This document shows, in pieces, positions 9,984 through 17,701 of a stretch of 64,000 nucleotides of DNA. The DNA is taken from assembly GCA_045809745.1 (NCBI GenBank), contig JBJMXE010000091.1, positions 3,016-67,015 on the forward strand. Reading direction: 5' to 3'. This stretch comes from Chthoniobacterales bacterium. GTDB taxonomy: Bacteria; Verrucomicrobiota; Verrucomicrobiia; Chthoniobacterales; UBA10450. Each line of letters starts with the position of its first letter. Within the stretch, counting starts at the first letter, position 1. The notes beneath the pieces were generated by a model. The model did no database searches. It was not told the origin of the DNA and worked only from the letters and a program-made list of their open reading frames with translations. Made by a program: the position numbers and the translations under genes.

Positions 9984-11027
9984 TCAGTGGTCAGCGTTTT
10001 TCCGCGCGGTCAGCACGATCTCTTCTCCGAGTTCTGGCCGAAACAGCACTAATAATCGGCCGAAAATTTCAAAGACCAATGCGCGGACGGAAATCATCGA
10101 CAGCATGGTCGCGTTATGAGTCGCCTTTTTTCCGACATTTCGCATGGCTGCACTCATGCCGAGGGCATACCACGCGCTTCGGTTCGTTGTTCGCATTTGT
10201 GTTACTTCAAACCCAGTGCTTGCGGTTAGCTGTTGGAGACCGCGCGGGGTGAAGAGCTGCAAGTGCCGCGGCGTTTCCAATCCACGCCAGAATCTTTTGT
10301 AATGTCGGTGGCCCCATCCGCCTGCATTTGGTGTGACGATCACGAGTTCGCCACCAGACGCGAGTAGTCGGTGGCATTCAAGGAGAAGGGTTCGGGGCTC
10401 CTTGAGGTGCTCCATTACGTGGCCCATGTAAATGGCGTCGAAACTCTTGTCGGTTAGACCTAAATCACGAACATCGCTGCCGTAGCAGGTAAGACCCTGT
10501 GCCTGCGCTTTTGCGACGCACGCGGGGTCAAACTCAATTCCGGCAACAACCCATCCCTGTGTCCGCATTTTTTCCAGCAGGGCTCCGCTGCCCGATCCGA
10601 TTTCCAGAAGACGCGCGCCTTTGCCGCGGGCAGCCAGGAACATCGCGTCACCCGCAATTGCATCCACGCCGGCCGGATGCAGAAACGCCAGGGGAGCGAG
10701 AATCCGCCACCATTTCGGGCCGACGTTGTGCCGATACCCGTATTGCGCCTGGAGATACCCGTGCTTGATTGGACGGTACAGCGCCCGCAGCAATTGCGCG
10801 GCGGATCGCCGCTCCGGCGCCGGCGGATCCAGATGAGTGTGATAAAATTCGTAACTCCTGGTGAGATCGCGTGGAATCGGATCCAACCAAACCGTTCCGC
10901 AAGGCGTGCTACAGGATCGGTAAGTCCACAATCCCTGCGTGCCAAACAGCGCATCGCGAAGCCCGCGGTAAAGTAAGGTTCCGGTGGCGCCGCAAACCGG
11001 GCACGACGGAACCGGAATCGTTTCCAC
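9984..11027 (-). CDS. class I SAM-dependent methyltransferase with N-terminal zinc ribbon
   Basis: CPVCG...C..PCG zinc ribbon followed by the SAM-binding motif LLEIGSGSGALL and DAIYMGHVMEHL. Confidence 0.8.
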   Translation of the reverse strand: METIPVPSCPVCGATGTLLYRGLRDALFGTQGLWTYRSCSTPCGTVWLDPIPRDLTRSYEFYHTHLDPPAPERRSAAQLLRALYRPIKHGYLQAQYGYRHNVGPKWWRILAPLAFLHPAGVDAIAGDAMFLAARGKGARLLEIGSGSGALLEKMRTQGWVVAGIEFDPACVAKAQAQGLTCYGSDVRDLGLTDKSFDAIYMGHVMEHLKEPRTLLLECHRLLASGGELVIVTPNAGGWGHRHYKRFWRGLETPRHLQLFTPRGLQQLTASTGFEVTQMRTTNRSAWYALGMSAAMRNVGKKATHNATMLSMISVRALVFEIFGRLLVLFRPELGEEIVLTARKNADH

Positions 11028-11306
11028 TGTCTCACATTTTGCCTTTTTCGGTCACAGCAGTCCCGTTCTTTTTTGCGGGGAGTGCCTGCGCGATTCGAAC
11101 AGAGCGCATACTAATTCCTCGCTTTGCTGCCAGTCTGAGAGAGAGCGTCGACTGCCGCCGCTGGACTAGGTGCGTGGAGTGAAGGAAGGGCCACGAACCA
11201 GAAATACATCCGGCTGCGGTCTGTTCTCGTGTTCCGCAAACCACTTGGCGGAGGCATCAAATACACACGGCAGTCATGGCCGCTCCGTGGGCGCGGACCC
11301 CGCCTG

Positions 11307-11402
11307 TGTCATTTCGACCGAGTGGAGAGATTTCTTGATCTAAATTCCTCGCCGCGCTCGCCAGATGGTGAGAGATGACTTCCCGCGGCCGCGGGACTCG
11401 AC
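11307..11402 (+). repeat. ~95-bp MITE/REP-like element, copy A
   Basis: It aligns over its whole length with 11673..11767: TGTCATTTCG..AGTGGA..TCTAAATTCCTCGC..GCTCGCCAGA..GTGAGA..CTTCCCGCGGCCGCGGGACTCGA. It contains the perfect 16-bp palindrome TCCCGCGGCCGCGGGA at 11381..11396. Confidence 0.8.
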
Positions 11403-11487
11403 ATCACAATATTCTTATTGTGTCGCTATGGTTGGTGACGTCCGATTGCTCTTTCCGGAGCGATCTAACTGAAGCACCACTCCGACC

Positions 11488-11592
11488 ATGTTTGCGTTCT
11501 TCTCCAATCGAGCCGGCTGTCTCGGGTCTGTCGTAGTCTCGATCATCGGTACGATCATCCTGACTCTGCTATTGCGCGGCTGTCATGGTTAG
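11488..11592 (+). CDS. candidate 34-aa hydrophobic small protein
   Basis: ATG 11488 to TAG 11590..11592 encodes MFAFFSNRAGCLGSVVVSIIGTIILTLLLRGCHG, one TM-like helix. It is below the ORF-track cutoff. I see no clear SD sequence. It lies between repeat copies A and B. Confidence 0.3.
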   Translation: MFAFFSNRAGCLGSVVVSIIGTIILTLLLRGCHG

Positions 11593-11672
11593 TGCCGCGG
11601 TTGCGGGCACATCTCAGCGACCCAAAAGGGCATTACGAACCGGTGAACGGTACCGGATTCTGCAACGCTCTT

Positions 11673-11767
11673 TGTCATTTCGGCCGGAGTGGACACATCT
11701 CTTCTTCTAAATTCCTCGCTCCGCTCGCCAGAGAGTGAGATGTCTTCCCGCGGCCACGGGACTCGAG
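11673..11767 (+). repeat. ~95-bp MITE/REP-like element, copy B
   Basis: Same element and orientation as 11307..11402. Its palindrome has one mismatch (TCCCGCGGCCACGGGA, 11746..11761). It ends ~97 bp upstream of the hydrolase start. Confidence 0.8.
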
Positions 11768-11863
11768 ATAACAAACAATTGGATGCGGTGGGGACACTCG
11801 CCATCGAGCACGACGATTTAAACTCAGTCTGTTCAAACTCAACCGATTGCCTGTAGCTACACA

Positions 11864-13342
11864 ATGTCCTTAATCCGAAAATCGACGGTGATGATGCTTT
11901 GCCTCGGCGGCGCCGTGATGCTGATCAGCGCCTTCGTTAGCCGGCGCACTGTAGCCCAAGGTTCTCCAGGGCCGACGGTAAGGTTAAAGCCTTGTCATAT
12001 CGAAGACGTCAAGCAGGAGTTGCTCTGCGGGACGTACCAAGTATTTGAGAACCGCCGAACCCGATCCGGGAGAAAATTGCCGCTGAAGATTGTCGTTATT
12101 CCGGCGCGGCACCGGCATCCGGAACAAGGCCCAGTGTTCTATATGGCAGGCGGGCCCGGTGAATCCGCTACCGAACTGACCTCGTTGGTCGTGCAGTGGG
12201 GAGATGAAGAGGACCACGATGTAGTGCTGGTAGATGAACGCGGAACCGGCGCAGGCTATCAGCTCGATTGTCCGTCGAGGACATCCGATGAAAATCTGGA
12301 TGAATACCTCAACGGACCGTTCGATGCGATAGCCGCCAGATCATGTCGCGAAGACCTGTCTAAAAAGTTCGATCTGAGCCAATACAGCACGCCTAACTTC
12401 GCCGACGACATCGATGAGATCCGCGCCGCCATGGGCTATGACAAAATCAATCTGAACGGCGGCTCATTTGGAACATACGCAGCACAAATCTATATGCGCC
12501 GGCACACGGACCGGGTCCGGACCGCATATTTAACAAGCTTGGTGACGCTGTCGGAACGCGTGCCCCTGTACCACGCCCGTAATGCTCAAGCCGGGCTTGA
12601 TCAGTTATTTCTGGAATGCGAACAGGACGTCTCTTGCCGATCGGCCTACCCAAATTTGCGTCAAGATTTCGCTGCTATCATGAGGCAGTTGCGCGAAAAG
12701 CCGGCAACAACATTTGTGAAGCACCCCGTTACCGGCGTGAAAACCGGGATTCATCTGACGGAGAGGGCGTTCGCGGATGCGTTGCGCACGATGATGTATC
12801 GCGAGTCGAGCGCTCGTGAAATACCATTTCTGATCCACCAGGCTGCGGCTGGTGACCTCAGCAGATTCGCCGATGCAGCGGTGCAGTCGAGTCGGAATGT
12901 CTATTCTGGCGGCCGCATGGCGCTGCATTACTGCATTACCTGCAACGAGTTCGTGCGCCGGATCAAACCCGATGAAATTGATCAGGCTACCGCAGGAAGT
13001 TTCCTGGGATCGTGGCGTGTCCGCGATCAGATAGCAGCCTGTAAAGAATGGCCAACCACGGAACTGCCATCCGATTTCTTCGAGCCGTTCCGGTTAGAAG
13101 CTCCTGCTGTACTGGTCTCAGGTGCGGCGGATTCGGCTTCTCCGCCGAGTTGGGGAGAGGAAGCCAAATCATACATGCCGAATGCGATTCATGTCATCGT
13201 TCCCGGCGGAGCGCATACTCCGGAGAACGGATGTGTGCGAGCGATTCGACACGACTTATATCGCACCGGGACGAGCAAGGGGCTGGACACAAGCTGCATT
13301 GCAAAGATTCAGCCGTCGCCGTTTAAACTGCCTAACAAATAA
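11864..13342 (+). CDS. secreted alpha/beta hydrolase (S33-type peptidase-like)
   Basis: Signal peptide, GPVFYMAGGPGES oxyanion region, nucleophile elbow GGSFGT, and a C-terminal PGGAHTPE region containing a His. Confidence 0.8.
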   Translation: MSLIRKSTVMMLCLGGAVMLISAFVSRRTVAQGSPGPTVRLKPCHIEDVKQELLCGTYQVFENRRTRSGRKLPLKIVVIPARHRHPEQGPVFYMAGGPGESATELTSLVVQWGDEEDHDVVLVDERGTGAGYQLDCPSRTSDENLDEYLNGPFDAIAARSCREDLSKKFDLSQYSTPNFADDIDEIRAAMGYDKINLNGGSFGTYAAQIYMRRHTDRVRTAYLTSLVTLSERVPLYHARNAQAGLDQLFLECEQDVSCRSAYPNLRQDFAAIMRQLREKPATTFVKHPVTGVKTGIHLTERAFADALRTMMYRESSAREIPFLIHQAAAGDLSRFADAAVQSSRNVYSGGRMALHYCITCNEFVRRIKPDEIDQATAGSFLGSWRVRDQIAACKEWPTTELPSDFFEPFRLEAPAVLVSGAADSASPPSWGEEAKSYMPNAIHVIVPGGAHTPENGCVRAIRHDLYRTGTSKGLDTSCIAKIQPSPFKLPNK

Positions 13343-13372
13343 TTTAGCTGAAGCGGGCAAGACTGGGCGGTG

Positions 13373-13429
13373 ATTCCTCGCTGCGCTCGCCAGAATGAGG
13401 GATGTCTTCCCGCGGCCGCGGGACTCGAC
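13373..13429 (+). repeat. MITE/REP-like element, right-half copy C
   Basis: ATTCCTCGCTGCGCTCGCCAGAATGAGGGATGTCTTCCCGCGGCCGCGGGACTCGAC matches the right half of copies A and B. The perfect palindrome is at 13408..13423. It lies 31 bp after the hydrolase stop. Confidence 0.75.
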
Positions 13430-13533
13430 TAATGCAAGATGGATGCACCACGGATGAATAGCCAAACCAGGACGCAACAATCTGGCCATGTGATTTGTCT
13501 GGCGAATTGAGGACTGCCAAAGATAATCCCGCC

Positions 13534-14340
13534 ATGAAGCAGCTACCAGGCTTTTGGATAATCCTCCTACTGAGCTCCTCGTTTGCGATCGCCGCCACGG
13601 TAAAAGTGACCGTCGCCCTGTCCGCCGCGCCTCAAGACAACCCCGTTAGTGCGTTCAGCGCCGACACACCGAAGATCTACGCGATGTTTAAGACCGAGGG
13701 AGTCAGCTCCGGCACGAAGCTCAAAGCGGTGCTGATTGCTGAAGATGTTGGCGATGCGGCGCCTGCGAACACAGTGGTGCTCGATAAAACGTTGGATCTG
13801 AATGAAGACACCAGTGACGGCGCGTTTAACTTCAGCAAACCAGATAAAGGATGGCCGGTGGGCAAATATCGCGTTGAGTTTTACGCTAACGACACGCTGG
13901 CGACGAAAGCCGCCTTCACAATCGAGGGAGACAAGAACGCGGGCTCATCGAAGCAAGCTGGAGCGCCCCAGCCAGTCCCGGATAAAGAGGAGCTGGCGTC
14001 AATGACAGATGCTTCGATCACCGAGTTCGGTGAGGCCATCAAGGAGAAGGACTTTTCCGGATTCTATCTCGATATAGCTGAGCTCTGGCAGAAACAGACC
14101 ACGGCGGAAAAGCTGGCTGACACATTCAAGGAGTTCTACGGCAAAGATATCGATTTGCCGGCAGCGATCGAAGGAAAGGAACCGGTGTTCGACAAGCCGG
14201 CGGCGATCAATTCCGACGGTGTGCTGGTAGTGCAGGGTTATTATCCGACTGCGCCTAACCGAATCGTATTTCAGCTGAAGTACCTAAACGAAGAAGACGA
14301 GTGGAAGCTGATGGGAATTGATGTAAACCTGAAAAAGTGA
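13534..14340 (+). CDS. secreted hypothetical protein
   Basis: ORF 13495..14340. ATG 13534 gives the signal peptide MKQLPGFWIILLLSSSFAIAA. I recognise no catalytic motif. Confidence 0.6.
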   Translation: MKQLPGFWIILLLSSSFAIAATVKVTVALSAAPQDNPVSAFSADTPKIYAMFKTEGVSSGTKLKAVLIAEDVGDAAPANTVVLDKTLDLNEDTSDGAFNFSKPDKGWPVGKYRVEFYANDTLATKAAFTIEGDKNAGSSKQAGAPQPVPDKEELASMTDASITEFGEAIKEKDFSGFYLDIAELWQKQTTAEKLADTFKEFYGKDIDLPAAIEGKEPVFDKPAAINSDGVLVVQGYYPTAPNRIVFQLKYLNEEDEWKLMGIDVNLKK

Positions 14341-14428
14341 TCGGCGCCCGCTAGCATGGGACCGGGACTGAATAGTCGGTCGGGCCATAGTACACAATAA
14401 TACCGGGGACCAGCCGAGGTTGGCGCAA

Positions 14429-15178
14429 TCATCGCTCGGTAAGAAAGTAATCGGCTAACTGGCGAAGCTCGTTAGCGTTCAGGTCAGAAACGGCCCAAAA
14501 TTCCATCTGCTGTTTTCTCCATCGAATCACATTATAGCCGCGGCGTGTCAGCGCGGTCGGTGAGAGATCAACCTCCCCTGGTGCGGGGGCGATCAGCACA
14601 TTGATTGGATGCTGATTCCGGCGATAAACCAAGGCCGCCACGGTCTTGCCGTGCAAGTAGTCGAGTCGGCCACCCACCAGCGGAAAACCTTGGGCCGAAA
14701 AATCGCGTACTTCCGGCGCGAAATCGACCTTTCCGTTGAACCACGGTTTGACGGTATGTTGATCGGACGATGGAACATCAACCAGATGTGTCGCCAACAG
14801 TGACCGCACATGATCAGAAATGACATCTTCGACGATCGTGTTTCCGCCAACGCGAGAATTCTGAAAAAGTAGAAAGCTGACGAGCAATAGTGCCGTTGCC
14901 AGGGAGAAGCTGGCCAAGCCGAACCAGCTGGCGGCGTTTTCGCCTGCTTCTTTTTCTGCGTGTCGTAAGGCCTTTCGCACGCTCTTGCGCAGACGTGCTG
15001 GCGCAGCGAATGCCGGCGCTGTGTCAGTTAGGCTTTTTTGTAACGCCCGGATCCGCAGTTCGACCGCTCGGCATTCCTCACAATCGCGCAGGTGCTCCTC
15101 CACGCCGCGGGCGTTGGCAGCGTCTAACTCGTTATCGAGATAAGGATGAATCAGCTCCGCAACTTCCTGGTGGTTCAT
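14429..15178 (-). CDS. anti-sigma factor (zf-HC2 type, single-pass membrane)
   Basis: The N-terminal HLRDCEECRAV zinc-binding anti-sigma motif is followed by one TM helix (ASFSLATALLLVSFLLF). Its ATG directly abuts the sigma-factor stop (ATG TAG ATG). Confidence 0.8.
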   Translation of the reverse strand: MNHQEVAELIHPYLDNELDAANARGVEEHLRDCEECRAVELRIRALQKSLTDTAPAFAAPARLRKSVRKALRHAEKEAGENAASWFGLASFSLATALLLVSFLLFQNSRVGGNTIVEDVISDHVRSLLATHLVDVPSSDQHTVKPWFNGKVDFAPEVRDFSAQGFPLVGGRLDYLHGKTVAALVYRRNQHPINVLIAPAPGEVDLSPTALTRRGYNVIRWRKQQMEFWAVSDLNANELRQLADYFLTER

Positions 15179-15718
15179 CTACATCCCTTCGCGGTAAACG
15201 TTGGCCAAAATCCGCGCCAGCTGAGCTCGGGCCCGCGCCAGACGCGACATGACTGTGCCGACCGGCACGCTGGCGATCTCCGCAATCTCCTTATAGGAGC
15301 AATCTTCCAGTTCGCGCAGAGTGATGACTTCGCGGAATTCGGGAGGCAATTGATCGATCGCGGCGCGAACGGCCGCTCGATCGTAGACAAGGTCACTCGC
15401 GGAGCCGCTGACTTCGGCAGTAGCACCTTCGGGACTGTGCAGTTCTTCATCAAATACCACATGACTTTGGTGCCCCTGCGTTTCCTTCATTGCGGTGAAA
15501 GCCGTGTTTCGCACGATTCGCAAAAACCAGGCGCGGCTGTTTTGGCCGCGGAAGGCGTCGAAAAATCGGAAGGCCCTTAGCATTGCCTCCTGCACTGCAT
15601 CCTCGGCATCGTGCTCGTTTCGTAAAAGGAACCGGGCCAGGCTGAACGCCGCATCGAGATGCGGCAAGATCTCGCGCTCGAATTCCGTTCGGCGCGTTGC
15701 CCGGGTAAATCCAATCAC
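15179..15718 (-). CDS. ECF-type RNA polymerase sigma-70 family factor
   Basis: Region 2 (DAEDAVQEAMLRAFRFFDAFRG..AWFLRIVRN) and region 4 (REVITLRELEDCSYKEIAEIASVPVGTVMSRLARAR). GTG start at 15718. Confidence 0.9.
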   Translation of the reverse strand: MIGFTRATRRTEFEREILPHLDAAFSLARFLLRNEHDAEDAVQEAMLRAFRFFDAFRGQNSRAWFLRIVRNTAFTAMKETQGHQSHVVFDEELHSPEGATAEVSGSASDLVYDRAAVRAAIDQLPPEFREVITLRELEDCSYKEIAEIASVPVGTVMSRLARARAQLARILANVYREGM

Positions 15719-15762
15719 GATTCGGTTCTTTCATTCATAAGGAACAAGACTGCAGCGCCGGC

Positions 15763-15828
15763 CGGTTTATTCCCGCATTTCAATAAAAGTTTTCGGCCGG
15801 GAATAAACCGCCTCCTAGCCGAGTCGTA
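15763..15828. promoter_or_regulatory. 13-bp perfect inverted repeat carrying ECF -35-like boxes, plus a -10-like CGTA
   Basis: CGGTTTATTCCCG (15763..15775) and CGGGAATAAACCG (15798..15810) are exact reverse complements separated by 22 nt. On the + strand, AAAC ends at 15808 and CGTA starts at 15825. That 16-nt spacing matches AAC-N16-CGT ECF promoters and sits ~20 nt before ATG 15849. Confidence 0.5.
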
Positions 15829-15848
15829 GTCGGCGAAGGAACAAACAT

Positions 15849-16799
15849 ATGAAAGACCAAGACATTATTCTGCATAACGACAATTCTGATGGGATCGACA
15901 GACGCGGTTTCTTAAAGTGCATGGCCTGGGCAGGAACCGGCGTGCTCTGGACCGTTAGCGGCGGCGTGCTCACCTCCAAATTACTTGGCGCCACCGCTCA
16001 AGCGGCGGGCGCTGACTTCAGCTTCGTTCAAATCAGCGACAGCCACATCGGGTTTAACAAGGACGCGAACAAGGATGTGATCGGCACGTTGCAAAAAGCA
16101 ATAGCCAAGATCAATGCGTTGCCGCATCCGCCAGACTTCGTCCTACACACGGGTGATTTGAGCCACCTGTCGGAGGCCGAGGAATTCGACGGGCTGGATC
16201 AAAATTTAAAGTCACTGAAGACGGGCGAGATTTTCTACGTTCCCGGAGAGCATGACGTTCTCAGTGACAATGGCGGGCTGTATCGCGAGAGATTTGCTAG
16301 GAAAGCGACCGGAGCGGGGTGGTACAGCTTTGACCGGAAAGGGGTTCACTTCGTCGGACTCGTTAACGTCATGAATATCCGCGAAGGCGGGCTGGGCGTC
16401 ATTGGTGCGGATCAGCTGGACTGGCTGAAGAAAGATCTCGAACCATTGTCGGCCAGCACACCCGTCGTAGTGTTCGCGCACATTCCGCTTTGGGCGGTTT
16501 ATCCTCAGTGGGGATGGGGCACTGACGATGCCGAGCAGGCGCTCGGATATCTCCGGCGATTCGGATCGGTGACGGTATTGAACGGCCACATCCACCAGAC
16601 GGTGAAGAAGGTGGAGGGAAACATCACGTTTCACACCGCGATGTCGACAGCATTCCCTCAGCCGGCGCCGGGCACAGCACCAAAGCCGGGTCCGATGAAG
16701 GTAGAAGCTGAGAGGCTCGGTTCCGTTCTCGGCATCACCGACATCAATTACGTAGAGGGAAAGCATCCGCTGGCCGTCGTCGATACCAGTCTGTCGTGA
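15849..16799 (+). CDS. Tat-exported metallophosphoesterase (CpdA-like)
   Basis: Twin-arginine signal DRRGFLKCMAWAG. Metallophosphoesterase motifs QISDSHIG, HTGDLSH, GEHD, FAHIPL and LNGHIHQ. Confidence 0.8.
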   Translation: MKDQDIILHNDNSDGIDRRGFLKCMAWAGTGVLWTVSGGVLTSKLLGATAQAAGADFSFVQISDSHIGFNKDANKDVIGTLQKAIAKINALPHPPDFVLHTGDLSHLSEAEEFDGLDQNLKSLKTGEIFYVPGEHDVLSDNGGLYRERFARKATGAGWYSFDRKGVHFVGLVNVMNIREGGLGVIGADQLDWLKKDLEPLSASTPVVVFAHIPLWAVYPQWGWGTDDAEQALGYLRRFGSVTVLNGHIHQTVKKVEGNITFHTAMSTAFPQPAPGTAPKPGPMKVEAERLGSVLGITDINYVEGKHPLAVVDTSLS

Positions 16800-16822
16800 A
16801 TTCCAGCCACTAATCCTACACT

Positions 16823-17245
16823 ATGAACGCAATCTTTTGGTCAAGGCTGCACGGCGGTGCGACGCACTTTCCGATCGCATTAATATTCGCGGCCGCGCTG
16901 TTTGATGCACTGGGATTCTTTCTGCGCGGATCTCATCGGCAGCATCAATTCAAGGTGCTCGGTTACTGGCTTGCCATTCTGGGCGCCCTGAGCTCGTTCG
17001 GCGCAGTATTCTCGGGACTGGCCTTGAGCAAGTGGATGGTGGGCGGCAGCGGCCTTGTGTTCCGTCATCACCTGTTCGTCTGGCCGGCGTTCGCGATCAT
17101 CGTCGCGCTTGGCACATGGCGCGGTTTGGTTGGACCGCGAACATCGCGCCGGGCCTTCGCACTTTACCTAACAAGCATGGTCATCGGGTGCGCGCTGATC
17201 AGTGTGGCCGGGTTCTTCGGTGGGGAAATGCTGCTGGGTCGTTAA
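16823..17245 (+). CDS. DUF2231-like integral membrane protein
   Basis: Four predicted TM helices. The N-terminal HGGATHFPIALIFAAALFD resembles the DUF2231 family. Confidence 0.55.
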   Translation: MNAIFWSRLHGGATHFPIALIFAAALFDALGFFLRGSHRQHQFKVLGYWLAILGALSSFGAVFSGLALSKWMVGGSGLVFRHHLFVWPAFAIIVALGTWRGLVGPRTSRRAFALYLTSMVIGCALISVAGFFGGEMLLGR

Positions 17246-17255
17246 GGGGTGAACG

Positions 17256-17657
17256 ATGAAACGTTGGACCGAGGGCAAGGCAGCTATCGCCGCAGTAACC
17301 GTTGCCACGGCCGCTTTACTGGGAACGTTTGGTTTTGCCTGGGTCATGCGGAACGCGGAGTTTGCAAGCAAGTTGCCGGACCTGCCGCAAACCGCAGGGG
17401 CGAAGCCGGTTGCCGTTAACGTAATCGATGTCGCATCGGAGGGACGCCATTTGTTCCTGATGAATTGTGCTCACTGCCACGGGGATGACGCTCGCGGAGA
17501 TGAAGGACCCGATCTGCATGATCTACGTCGCAGCGACTCGCGAATTCACGAAGTAATTACCGCCGGTATCAAAGGGGAGATGCCGTCATTTGGGAAGAAG
17601 CTGGGCGACACGGATGTACGAGCGCTCACCGCATACCTGCGAACGTTGCGAGGGTAA
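17256..17657 (+). CDS. membrane-anchored class I c-type cytochrome
   Basis: N-terminal anchor, heme-binding CAHCHG, and a distal Met in GEMPSFG. Confidence 0.85.
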   Translation: MKRWTEGKAAIAAVTVATAALLGTFGFAWVMRNAEFASKLPDLPQTAGAKPVAVNVIDVASEGRHLFLMNCAHCHGDDARGDEGPDLHDLRRSDSRIHEVITAGIKGEMPSFGKKLGDTDVRALTAYLRTLRG

Positions 17658-17701
17658 AACCGAACAGGTGAACCGCGCCGCCCTTGCTTGGTGGTGCGCT
17701 A

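Noticed and set aside
9244-12390. Heptamer/hexamer-free stretches as signs of recently acquired DNA. The other two stretches are 17173..20116 and 48530..51413.
   Set aside because: With about one hexamer per kb, a few ~3-kb gaps among 65 intervals are expected under a Poisson model. No mobility genes or obvious compositional shift accompany them.
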